From NCBI GenBank assembly GCA_036172245.1, contig JAYWIR010000035.1:1984001-2048000 (forward strand): DNA of 64,000 bases, written 5' to 3'. A program made the position numbers and the translations under genes. The notes under the pieces are model-generated. The model saw only the letters and a list, made by a program, of their open reading frames with translations. It was not told the DNA's origin and did not search any database. Each line of letters opens with the position of its first letter. Position 1 is the first letter of the stretch. This DNA is from Raillietiella orientalis. Taxonomy: Eukaryota. Below are positions 23,828 to 35,869 of this stretch, piece after piece.

Positions 23828-24449
23828 TCGCGATTTCCGGGGAGCGAAATAGGTATCGATCTGGTGCTCGTGTTTCCTTACTTCTACCGTAGTTCGCCTC
23901 CGGTTTGCGACCTGTCCCTTCGAGTGTCTTCCCGGATTTGCTGCCATTCCTGTGTTTTGGAAGGTGCGCTTCCAATTTCCCTTCTTACTGGTGAGGAAAA
24001 CAGCTTAGGGAACCCATTAAGGCGCGGAGATACCCGACCACAGAGAAGGTATTCAGGGAAACGTCGTAAGAGAGAAAGCACAAATGACCCAATTGGGGAG
24101 GCGTGAGAAGGTCGTCCGTTGACTCCCCAATGTGCTCTTACTCATCATCATTATATACGCCAGAGCACCCAGTTCTCTTATTCTCGTTCCTGTTTAACAA
24201 CGGTCTATTTGGAACAGACGACATTCCCACTAATCAAATTCTGTCGACCTCCTTTCCAGAGCCGCTGAGCAGACACGCTATTCTTTCTTTATCTTTCTGT
24301 CTTCCTTCCTTTCCTTTTTTTTTCTTTTTTAATAATCCAGGGATGGCAGTCACGTTTTCAAAGTGTACCTGCGGGGCCACGCCGCATCAAGATTCACTCT
24401 TTTTCTTTTCGCACCCGTCTACATTCGACGAATGATCATCACTCCGCTC

Positions 24450-25080
24450 TTCACCGCTATCGGAATTTGTCGTTCCCAGGCGCCGCAGCCGCATTCGGCT
24501 CCGCATCGCCATTTGCTTCTGCTGGGAGGGTGGCGTGGTATTCGCGACATCCCGTCGCCTCTGAGGACGCGCCTGCGGATGAAGAAAACGAAGCAGCCGC
24601 GCTTGGTGGCTCCCAGAGCCGGGAGCATCCACGGTTTCGATCTTGCAGGATCCGCCACAGGGAAGACCAAGGCCATGAAGGAAGCGAATCTGCAGCTCCT
24701 GCTGGCACCCAGTTCCGCGAGAACCACCCCTACGCAGGCGGCGACTACTTTCATCGTGGACGGGAACCTCTGGAATTGCCCTTTTTCACAATCCTCGACA
24801 GAGTCAGGAAGGAACGACCTTTTCGACGGACAGAGGGAAGCTGGACGGACGCAGGTCCTCTGCACGGGTGAGGCAGTCCAGGAACGAAACGCTCTCCCTC
24901 CAGAGGGAGGTCGTAGCGCCCCCGCGCGCGAGGGGCATGCTGGAAGTAAAACGGCGCGAGGTTGCTCCTCCTGGCAAGTTGGCGAAAGGAACGGGAATTG
25001 GAGGAAGTGCACGCGCTCCCTCCTCCTGAGATCGGGGATTTCTTCGCCCTGTGGAATGCGTGCGACTGGGTCTTCTCTAG
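24450..25080 (+). mobile_element. decayed LINE APE-endonuclease fragment
   Basis: ANLQLLLAP (cf. NVYAP) followed by FIVDGNLWNC (cf. IxGGDFNC) in ORF 24363..25088. Confidence 0.4.
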
Positions 25081-25399
25081 TTAGGTGATCGACTACTTCC
25101 GGAAACGGGAGAGGCGCTAATGAAGCGCAGAGGGTCACGCGGGCAGGGAGGACGGAGGACTTCCGCTTGGTGCGCGGGTCCTTGCAGCCGACCGCCCGAT
25201 TCCACATCTGGACGGGCGAAGGAGGGGGCGGCAGCTGGAAGGCGCGTGGCGATGTTCGGGAGCGGGAGGAGTCGAGGGCGGCGTCGGAGAAACAGAAGGG
25301 ACTTTTCAGGAAAACACTCCGAGGACCGGCCCGGGATTCCCGTGGAGCACGTTCCTTCGCCCTGAAAGGGAGGGGACGCCGGCGCGCGCGCGTGGAGGG

Positions 25400-26420
25400 G
25401 GCGTCGGGAGCAGAGAGGAGAAGACCTTTTCAGGGGGAGGCGCGCGCTTTCCAAGTTTGGCGTCACGCGGGCGGCCCCCCGGCACGAGACCAACCCACGA
25501 CGACCAGCGCTCGTGCGGAACTTCCGTGTGCAGGAGCTGAACCTGCAAGTCCCTGGGGTCGTCCCGAGCCAAGCCCACAACGGCGACGCCCGGCAAAACG
25601 GACTCCTCGGCGCCCAATCGGCGCGCACGCGAGCTCTCCGCACCGACGGCGGTCTCGCTGCACTCGGGGGCACGAAGCTCGCGCGAGCCGCCGGAGGTGT
25701 GACCGGTCGCGAGGGTAGGGAGGGAGACCGCCCGAGATTTCGCGGCAGGGTCGGGATGCCCCGTGACCACGGGGCATCCCGAGGTCGAGGTCCCCCCAGC
25801 AAACGACCGATGATGGATTCTTCCATTCCAGACAAAGACGGACGGTTCCTCCAGGAGAGATCAGGGATGCGAGGCTGCTGGTTCTCCAGAAAGATGCGAA
25901 GGTTGGACTTTGATGGCGGCCGGAATCCAAGAGCTGCCGACGCCCCGTCATCACAGAAACCATCTCCGACGGGAAACTGTCCTTGGAGATGGGTTGGAAG
26001 CATGGATGCCGAGAACGTGCTCGAGGTCCCTCCCCGGTCCGCCGTTCGATTCCCGGATGCTGCAGACTTCCGCCGAGAGGGACACGAGGAGGCGGCAGGA
26101 AGCATCAAAGAGTCACACGTCCTACGCTGGGAGGAAGAGGAAGGGCCATCGAGGGAAGCGAGGGGCCGCGAACAGACGGATGTTCCAGGACACCTCCGCA
26201 AGCGAAGGTGCACCAGGCACACCCGCTGCACTTGCGTCCGGAGGAGTCCCGACTGTGGGAGAGACCAGGCTGAAGTGCGTAGGAATCCTCTCCGTTGCCA
26301 AGAGGGAGAGGGGAACGAAGCGGGGGAGAGCTCACTCGTACGGTTCGCGAAGAGCACAGCACCTTCTCTCCCTTCACTCCACACCTGCAATCACGGTCAG
26401 AATCCTCAAAGCAGGGATCA
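25400..26420 (-). mobile_element. decayed LINE RT fragment
   Basis: GQFPVGDGFCDDGASAALGF...LRIFLENQQPRIPDL resembles the RT FxVxxGVRQGCPLSPxLF block. Confidence 0.4.
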
Positions 26421-26736
26421 CTGGACACGTCGTGCGTTCAGGTGAAGGTCGTCGCGCTCTTCTTCCTCTTCTTCCCAACAACTACCTGGAGTCCCGCGAC
26501 CGCTGCTGCTGGTGTCGGTCAAACCGGCTCACGAAGGCGCGAGCGCCCAGGGACTCGTCCGACGATGCACGCGTCTCCTTTCCCCCTCCCTCCAATTCTG
26601 TTGCTGTCGCAATCCGTCGACTGCAGAGAGACGGTGCGCAGGCGCCGACAACGCAGAGAGAGAGAAACGCTGCAGAGGCTGAGGCTTTACTTAAGAAGCC
26701 CCGCAGCACCCGCCGCCGATGACGCTGAGCGCCCCG

Positions 26737-28254
26737 GCGGCGTTCTCCGAACGCGCTCGGAGCGTCCCGGGGCAGCAGGTCGCCTCCGCCGCGGGGAGCG
26801 GAGTGGACGCCCGCGAGCCGCCCTCCTTCCCGGAAAGTGTCTGGAGGAAACCTGAGGGTCACCTCTGCAGCGCGCTGCCCATCGGTCGGAACGGGCTCTT
26901 CGCGATCCCTCCCTTCGCTCCGGGCGCCAGCAGTGTTAGCGGCGGCGATGACCCTGGGTCACCCCGCGAAGTCCCGTCCCTTTCCTTTTGGGAAAGAGTT
27001 GGTTTCCCAGTGGGGGAGTGTAGGGAGGTGGGAAAGAAAGAACGGGAACTGGAAAGCGAAGGAGCAGCAGGGAATTTGCTCTCTCCGACCTACCGAGTCG
27101 AGCTCCGACCGCGGAGGGGGAGGAGCGGCGACCCCAACAATGGGGTCAGGCGAAATCCGGAAGCGCAGAGAGAGAGCCACCCCGTTGACCGATGGGGATG
27201 CGAGCGGATGCACGATTTGATCTCATTCCCCAAAGGGACGCTCTTCGGCTGAGCGAGGCGCGAGCACTGCGTTAAGAACAACGGCGGCCCAGGCGAGGGG
27301 GTAGGCGACCCTCTACCCTAGTTCTCAGAGAGAACGCCCGAGTCGCGGGCGGAGACTCCTGAGCGCGGACCGCCCAGTTCGAAACAGCTGTTGCCCGGAG
27401 AGCGCGACCAATCCCGCTGGTCCTCTCTTAATTAACCCTTCCTTCAGCGCTGCCATCTCCCCCCCTCTGCCTTCTTCCTCGGGGGCGATTCGTGGATCGA
27501 CCTTGACCCGGAGTCGCTGTCGCCTCCGCCGCTTCTATCCAGCATGGGCGCCCGCGAGCTCTCCGGAGACAGGGCCCGGAGTCGCCTCTTTCCAGCATCC
27601 CCTGGGGACACTTGGGAGCATTCTGTTTCCGCGGGGACCTCCTGCCGGGAGGTCTGCTGCTGCATCCGCCAAGGGAGACAGGGCCCCTCCTTGGGAGGGG
27701 AGAAGGTCCGAAGATGTCCCGCTTCCCGGATGGAGCAGCAGCAGCTGCTAAACAACCGTCTCCGCCTCCGACAGGAAGTGGCAGAGTGGACGCTTCGATC
27801 GCGGTGGCGGAAAGATAAGAACTCCCTTTCTTCCGCCCTCTGTCAGAGCTGGGGGACGGGGACTGAGGCTTTCTGACGAGGGGCGCGCACCCTGTGACTC
27901 TGCCTGGTCCGGCGGGCGGAGCGCGCTCCAGGGCCGCCCCCCGGCCTGGAGGCATCCTAGCGTGGGGAGCTGGGAAACCGCCCCGCGCCCAAGAGGAAGA
28001 GCCCGTCCTTACAGATGGGCAGCGCGCTGCGGGGACGACCCTCAGGTTTCCCCTGGACGATTTCCGGGAAGCAAAACAGCTCGCGGGCGTCCACTCTGGC
28101 CCCCGCGGCGGAGGCGAATACTGCTGCCCTGGGACGCTTCGATCGCGCCCGGAGACGCGGCCGAAGAGAGGCGGGAGAGACTGCCGCTCAGCCTGCTCCG
28201 CGCGTCTGCTCGCCCGGAGTCGCCTCTTCCCAGCATCCCCTGGGGGCACTTTGG
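26737..28254. repeat. cluster of inverted (~26737-26901 vs ~27996-28162) and direct (~27574-27615 vs ~28213-28254) repeats
   Basis: GNLRVTSAARCPSVGTGSS on + matches GNLRVVPAARCPSVRTGSS on -; cccggagtcgcctcttYccagcatcccctgggg occurs twice on +. Confidence 0.85.
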
Positions 28255-31200
28255 ATCAGCGGGGAAAGGTCCAAGGCGACGCGATGGGCTGATCTGAGCA
28301 GCGCTTCCCTCCTTCCCGAGGAACGAAGGCGACCCTACCGCCTCACACGGCGGACCTGGCCCTCGCTCCGAGTCCAGCTCCATAGTCGCGGAGATGACGC
28401 CTGGGGGAGCGTTCCCCTTCGACGATTCGGATGCTGGGGAGGCTCCGCGTGGTGTCCTGGGCGTGCCCCCAGTCTCGCTTCGAGCCGGCGAGGACCCACC
28501 CTACGGACCGACCGGGAGACCGGGAGTGGTTGCGATCCGGAGGGCGCGGCGACGGTCCCCGGCGCCGGAAGTCTTCCCCCGAGGCGCGGGTTGAGTAGCT
28601 TCCTCGATTCCATCGTCCGCGGCCGGCACTCCTGGAGGCGGACGCACGCCCTGCGAAGGGTTCCCGGAGATTGGGCGACGGCGACGGAGAAAGAGGCAGA
28701 GAGGAAGGATGAAGCCCTGCCGCCGTCCTGGGGCAATGTCCACCACCACCTGCACAAACCGTTTCGAGAGCGCCAGGTGCCATCCGCCAGACCGCGTTCG
28801 AACGCATCGCGACGCCTGCCGGGAACGACGGCACCTGGCGAGCTTGGATAGGAGCCGCCGAAGGCAACAGCTGCTTCCGCGCTGGGAACTTCCGGTCCCC
28901 GAACTCCACGCCCCGTTCGTTCTAAGCGTCACGCCGCGCGCGCGCGCGAGCAGCAGCAACTCTTCGTGCGAGTGCGCCGGCCGGAAGAGCACGCTGCGCC
29001 AACGGGTTCCGGCGGGAGGAGTCAGCACCCGCGGGGGTCACGCCCGAAAGCGCGTGAGACACGCGAACGAGATCGACTTCCAGGGACACTCCCCCCCCCC
29101 CCCCGCACACCGGCACCCGCGCGTCGTCCCGAAGGGAGGGGCCAGACGAAACGCACACGCCCCCTGCGACCTGTCGAAGAGATGGCGCCTTGTCTCATTC
29201 AGCCGCCGCAGGTCCAGGATCAGGGTGACGCATCAGAAGGCCTCATGAGCCGCCGCAGAGATCACGGTGGCGGTCGGGACGACGGCGGGGGAGATCTCCG
29301 GGGGCTCCCGTGTCCCGTGGGGAGGCGAGGAAAACGGAGGGACGTGGGAGGAGGAGCACCACGGTCGGCAGGGGGCGGCGGCAGCAACAGCACCGGTGCG
29401 TTGCCTGCCCCTCGTCAGCGGACGGTTCCCTCCGCGGCCCGGCCGAACTTTTGCGGATGCCCCGCGCACCCTGGAAGCGGCTTCCAGCATCGGGAATCCA
29501 TCGCGGTCAACCGTCGGAAGGAGGGCCGAACCCGCCCTCTCCAGCGTGGCGCAGCCGTTGCATTCCTTCCACCTCTCTCTATCCCGGGATGACTTCCCGG
29601 GCCCCTTGCTTTTCTTCCTACCCCGCTTTCCGAAGGAATCAGAGTCTCCCACCCATCCTCCCTCCTGAGTGCCTCTTCCTCTCTCGGTGGTCGGGGAGGA
29701 ATGGGCAGGGGAGGTTCCTGCATCGCTCGGGAAGGAGAAGCGTTCCCTTGGCACATACCAGCGGCCGCCTAGCCGCCTGCTCGCCAGCCGGGGAAGGGCG
29801 GCACGCCGAGGCTTCCCCTCTTTCGCCGTAGCCCCCGCCGAAGTGTGCCCACTGCCGCGAGATCAGCAGGAGGCGCCAGGCAGGTCCACGGGAGAGTCCG
29901 CAAGTTGCCCTCCCCCCCCGTGGCGCCCTTCGGGGATCCTCGGTTGCGACCATCCCACTCGACCTCGCTGTCACCCGGACTCTCGTCGGGCCCTTCCCTC
30001 CTTCCTCGCCTCAGGTACGGTGTCGGAGAGGGAAAAAAAGGGACCGGTAGGAGCGCACCGGGCTACTTGCGCGCGGGGGGACCTGGTCCCCGGTCCGATG
30101 CTCAGGGGTACACACACTCCCTACGCTGCCCCCGGGGGAAGAGAGGGAACGGGGCTTTCCCCCGGCAGCCGGACGAGAGGCTGACCTGGTGGGTGCGAAG
30201 GCAGCAGCAAGGGTGTCCGTGACCCTGCCCTGCACGCCGCCATTCCGAGGATGTGCGGTGGCGATGGTGGGATCTTCGCGACGGACTCGGCTTCCATGGC
30301 GACGAGCACCCGTCAGCGGCTGGATGCGGGGGCAACGCCGGGAGCATCCGGCCTACGTGGGAGGAGGACGCAGCGGTGGACGGCGACCGTGCGGGAGGCT
30401 TCGCCTCAGGGAAGGCCAGTTTGGAGAAGGCGCGCTTCGTCCGCGCGGCAGCTGCCTCCTTCCCGCCATCATGCCCTCGAACGAGGTCAGCCAACCGCTC
30501 CGACCGGCGACAGAAGGCTGGTCGGTGGTTCCTGGGCACGAAGTTCGAGCAATCCTGAGCGCTGCCTCGTCATCGGGAGCCGTGGGCAGAGAACGGGGGA
30601 GCCGTGGCCCAGCATCCGGCCTCTGGTTGGAGGGAGCAGCATGTGGGGGAGGGGCTGCGGCTGACTGCCATCTCGCAGCTGCCTCTGCCCGCCTGAGCGC
30701 ACCGCTGAGGTCGGTTTCCCCCCTTGGGGCGCGCCCGCGCTCACACGAGGACGTCGTCACCTGCCGCGCAACGGCCGCTGCATTCGCGCGAACGAGACGT
30801 CTGCCGGACGGACGAGCGCGCGCGAGAGAGAGGGGCAAATGGGCAGATGAGGGGGAGGAGAACACCGGAAAGCGGAGAAAGTCGCTGGCATGCCGCGATG
30901 TGTGTGTGTGTGTGTATTTTCTTTTTTTTTAAATTCCCCTCCCCCCTCCCGACAGAGAGGTCGCCGTGGGAGAGAAGTCACGCTGGAGGCCGGGAGCTCC
31001 CTTCCTACTTCGACAGACGTGCCTTCAGCGCGGACAGGATGCTTGCGACGGGAGCACCTGGGAGAAAGACGGGGGGAGTGGCGTTCCTCCGGGCAAGGAA
31101 AGGAGTGGGGATGAATGGTGGACGCGACAAAGAATCAGAGGGGGAGACAAGAAAACTTTCCTCCTTACCTCCAGAGCGGCGGTGCGGGTCCTCACCTCCG

Positions 31201-31699
31201 GCAGGAAGCCCGGCCATGAAGGGCATGGCAAGCACTCGAGAAGAGAAAAAAACAAAATCACCGAAGGGGGGCCTCGGCCCCCCCGGACTGCAAGAACTCC
31301 CGAGCGCGCGCGCCACCTGTCCGGAGCGCCGCAACAACACTACCACTCTCGCACCGAACGGTTGCCGACTGGAGGACTCGTGACGCGAGATCGGCCCGCG
31401 AGAGGCGCTCCGAGCGTGTCGGCTCGTTGCTGCCCGCCTCCCGAGATGTCGCCGTCTCTACCCTCGCCTTTCCCGGAGGCAGAACAGGATAAACTGAAAG
31501 TCATCCCTTCCAGTCAACGTTGTAGCTCGTTGCGCCTAGACCAACCTCATCCTCCTTCCTTCCTCCCTCCATTTCTGGGGACATCTCGAGCAGCGGAAGG
31601 TTCCTGGGTTTCAGTCAAGAGCACCTTCCGCCGACCTCCCTAGATCGATGCTGCGATGAGAGCATCCTGGAAGCGCATCCACCCCCCTTGCCCCTCATC

Positions 31700-33650
31700 A
31701 GAGAGCAATGAAAATTGGAATGTGTTGGAACTGGGGTTTCTTTGTTTATCACTCCCTGAGGAGACCAGCACATGATTCTAACAAAAAAGATGTTGCATCA
31801 AATTGACCTCTTCGGAAGAAAAGTCTCGAAAAGAAGTTTCCTACCGGGAGATCTTCGGGGTCGCTTTTTCTTCGACACCGATGTCAGGGAAGATGGGAAC
31901 GATGGAAGAAACGTGGAAAGAAGGAAGAGGAAGGTCGCATGCAAGAGTGCCCTGATCTTGAACCGCAATCTCGGTGGAGAGTCAGAACATCTCTGGAGCG
32001 GGTTCCCTCAGCTCTCTTAACTCCGGGTGTACTCTTCCAAGAATGCATGGGTGGTTCTCCAGATGCGGAAGAAAAGAACCATCGAAACAAAGGAGGTAGC
32101 CGCAGACCACGAAGTCGATGCAGACTCTCGAGTTGCATTCGAAGTTCTTCGAAGACGCCGAGTTGAAAAAAAGACAAAAGGCAGTGAATGAGGTCATCTT
32201 GCTTTCGTTTCTGGGGAGGTCATCTCCTAAGCAGCATCCCAATCCCCGAAGGAGTTTCACGCACAACTCAATGGTGGTTTTTCCTTCCCTCTCTTGAGAG
32301 ATGCTTGAACGTTGCAAGACATCATTCTCCAGCTCGTAAGCAGCTTGTGGTGAAGCAGTAGGCAACGCATGTTCCCTAGCTTCGCCAATGATGAACTCTC
32401 AAGGTTAGTTCTCTCTCCTCCTCGTCGAAAGTCCTCTCCGATGGCAAGAGGAGTCTGCTGGTGCGGGTTGCTACTGTTGTTTCGGTTCGAAATTCTGAAC
32501 ATGCCTTTCTCAGGTTCCGTTGCTGCGCCTTCTTTACTCTGTCCTCCTTCCGTGTCGCGGTCCTTGGGTGTTTGGCGTGTGAGCGCAAGGTTCACTGGAA
32601 CACTAATGCGGAGCTTCTGGAGATCCGATGCTAGGAGGCGGTCGGGCGGCAACGAGCAACAATGGACCCACTACGATCGGTAATGTGTCATGGGTTGCTT
32701 CGCAGCAAGCAACAATCGATATGCCATCGGCGACGGCGCGCAACAATGGACACGCCATAACTTTGCAGAACACAGCAATAATGCACTTCATGACACTGAT
32801 GATGTAGATTGCGAGGTCTCTAGCAAGTCACTGCAGCTTCTTCCAGCCTTGCATCGAATTCTCCCGGACTGCCGCTCCTGCTTCCAGCTGCCTTCCTCAC
32901 TGCTTGTTGTGCATTCCGTACAGACGGCGTCATTGCGGGAGGTTCGGCAGGCCGCGCGGACCAGATGAGGAAGTTGCTTCGTTCAGATCGGTTCCCAAAG
33001 GGGGACAGAGAGACAATACTTCGGAAGACGGCACACAAAAGGGCGCGCAGCGTGCACGACCTTGGGAGTAGCGAAGGACCTGCACGAGTGCGATCCGCGC
33101 AGGAGTCACGCGCTGCCATAGCTTGCGGAAGAACGCGATGGAGCCCCTGGATTGCGGCAAGGCGGTGGAGAGCGCATCCCTTTGCTCGTGGCGTTCCCCC
33201 AGGAATACCGTGAGCAGCGCAGCAGAGAACGAAACTTCCCGCGCTCAAGCGGAAAGAAAGGCTCGGGGCTCCTGACGGGAAGCAGGAAGATTGTGCCGCA
33301 GGAGGAGTAAAGCTCAGGAGAAGACTGATGCTATGTCTACTGCTTTTATGACATCTGTTTTTGCCTACAAGATACCTCAGGAATTGGAACGAGGGAGTAA
33401 AGTAGCTGAAAGCGGAATGATTCGGTGATTCCAACCTCCCGTATGTAATTATGTGAAGATGTAATTCAAGCTTTACATCTGAATACTTCCGGCAAGGATT
33501 CCGAAAGTGGCAGGAGCTGCGTGTCATCAAAGGGGAGGAGGGGGAGGGATTCTGAATAAGGAAGATGGTGAGAAGCGTTGCAGGTGCGCAAACGTTTAAA
33601 GCAGTCTTGGAACTCTTTCGCCACCCTTCTTCGCACATTGCTGACGGCAA
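31700..33650 (-). mobile_element. decayed L1/Tx1-like ORF2 (EN end to RT)
   Basis: Colinear degenerate motifs: NVCAP, SPNH, C*RPRNL, IIAVFCKVMACPLLRAV (cf. KILAKVLANRLKxV), LLASDLQK (cf. LLSLDxEK), LRGLGCCL. Confidence 0.6.
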
Positions 33651-34686
33651 GCGTCGAGGCGATGCGACCGCTTTGCTATCGGCTGCAACCTGAAGCTGCG
33701 TGGTAAGTAAACGAAACTTCTGTTCCGGTAGTGAAACCAGGAAACGGCAGAGGGTACGGAAACGCCAGCTCAGACAGGGAACAGCTTGTTCTGTGGCGGG
33801 AGGAAGGGTGCCCGGGTAGCCCTAGGAAAGGCTACGGGAGGAGCTTTTCCTACCACGCGACTGAAAGCTGGTTGCCGACCTAGCAAGGGGCCAGGGCTAG
33901 CGGCAGTGGCTCCTGGCCACTGGAGCACTAGCCATCCATTGTTTTCTTGTGGAAGGATTCCCTCATCGATCCAAAAGATCCTTAATCCGCCTACAGGTAG
34001 GCTAGGGATACACTGGATCACGGCTTGGTGGCATTCGTTCGTTCGGGAACAGTTTCGGAATCCGGGATCACCCCAAAGAAATTCATAGACTTATCCTCCT
34101 ACCTACTCCGAGCGGTGAGGTCACTTTCGCGGCAGCTTCACCCTATCATAACGGACCTGAAATCTCCCACCTCCGCCGAAAGCTCTCGGGGCAAACAGGT
34201 AGGAGAGTGAGGAGGGGAAGGGGAGCAGCCCCTTCTCCAAGTTCGATGAGTTCTTCGGATGTGCTCGCGGATGCGTCCCCTCCCCGCACTTGTGGCCTGT
34301 TGCAGCGGCGGCGAGTGAGGCGAAAGTGGGATCACCATCTCCAACTCTTGGGGTTACTGCTCAGGCGATCACGCTGTTCCCGGAAGAGCGCGGGCGACTC
34401 GATGCCGTTTCTCACGGACCTCAAGTTCCGTCAGCGCGGTACCGGCCGTGTTTCCTTCTCCCGTTCCCGTTTCCTTCCTGTCGACACTCGACGCTCAGCG
34501 CGAAACGCGTCCGTTCGAAGCTGCATTTCTCAATGCGTTGCGTCTGTCTATCACATGCGCTTCTCACTCCGCCTTGTGTTGCATCTTAAGAGGAGGTCCG
34601 TTGCTTCCGTGGAAATCGTGATTTTACGAACGAAACGATGTACCGCACAGTAATGATTGCATTATTGCGTTTCAATAAACCTTGTA

Positions 34687-35025
34687 CAGTGGTACCTCTG
34701 TACTCGTCGGCAATTCGTTCCGGAACTCGGGACGAGTGCCAAAACCGACGAGTACCGAAGGAGTTCCTTTCCGGGCTTCGTGGTATCATTTTTTAACAAT
34801 TTCGGGACCCATGGTCAACGTTCAGAATGCGCAGAAAGCACACAAAAAGGAACGGTTCGGGAGGCACTCTATGGAAGTGTTCGGTTCCGTTCACTTGTTT
34901 CATCATGAGAGTGGGGTGTCGAGTGCCGAGCATGCGCCGAGTGTCGAAACATGTTTTTCTCGTCAAAATGCGACGAGTACCGAGTTTGACGAGTTCCGAC
35001 ACCGTCACGTACCGAGGTACCACTG
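34687..35025. mobile_element. Tigger/pogo-like (Tc1/mariner superfamily) MITE, 339 bp
   Basis: TIRs cagtggtacctc (34687-34698) and gaggtaccactg (35014-35025), extending imperfectly; TA on both sides (34685-86, 35026-27); internal gacgagtaccga repeats; no transposase. Confidence 0.88.
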
Positions 35026-35780
35026 TATATACTGGTCGATGTCACGTGTGCTTCCTCCATTAGTCCACGATAACCCGATAGCAAATGGTATGTACAGGGC
35101 TCGTAACGAACGTATACGGAAGCTTTGGAACGTGCGTGAGCGGGCTGCACACCCAATGTTTCGATTCTTCACGATCGTGTCCGCGAAACGAATCGCAATC
35201 AGGAGTGCCACAACCGGCCCGCTAAGGACGAAACGAACGAGGGCCTGTGCAAGCAGGGAAAGATCACAGTCAATGTGGATGTCGGTTGGTGCAACAGTAG
35301 AGCTTCAGACAAAGGAAGAGGTTTCTTCCTTCTGGATGCGAATGGTTTGCACTTAGGTATTTTAATTCCGAACGTGCCCGCTGTGCATTCAAAACAAACG
35401 GGTAATTGCCAGGGTTGCCGGGGAAACGTTAGAACGTGTTCGGCGCGAGTGGAGGTTGGGTCCTCGTGGTGGGGCAATGCCGAAGAGGTGGTGGAGGGTG
35501 GAGAGGTGAGGCCAATAAACAGATAAATTAGGCAAAGGACAGGCCATCCCCTCGATGCTAATGACTCCCGAGAGTCGGCAATCTTCACCCGTTTACCCCG
35601 GAGCATGATTTATCAAAACATAAAACGCGGAGTGGGGAGCGCTGCGCGTTCCTGCTGGAACTCTGCAGAAAATGGGTAGGGGTGCGCGACGTGCGGTTCG
35701 TCCAGAAGGGAAAAGGTCCGGACTGACAGAGGGAGAGGGGACGATAAATAAACAAAAATAGATAAATACTCGAAGAGGGA

Positions 35781-35817
35781 AAGGTTAACTAACTCCTCTC
35801 AGGAGTTAGTTAACCTT
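35781..35817. repeat. perfect 17-bp inverted repeat with 3-nt loop
   Basis: aaggttaactaactcct-ctc-aggagttagttaacctt. Confidence 0.95.
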
Positions 35818-35869
35818 CGCTCCTTCTAATCCTTCCTCCTCTCATGATGCAGCCGATGTCCTCCCCTGT

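Noticed and set aside
9800..31650. Many 150-440 aa ORFs overlapping on both strands
   Set aside because: Arg/Pro/Gly/Ser-rich, mutually overlapping and with no recognisable domains, as expected from stop-codon scarcity in GC-rich DNA. 20418..21632 and 20601..21518 are shadows of TMEM221 exon 1.
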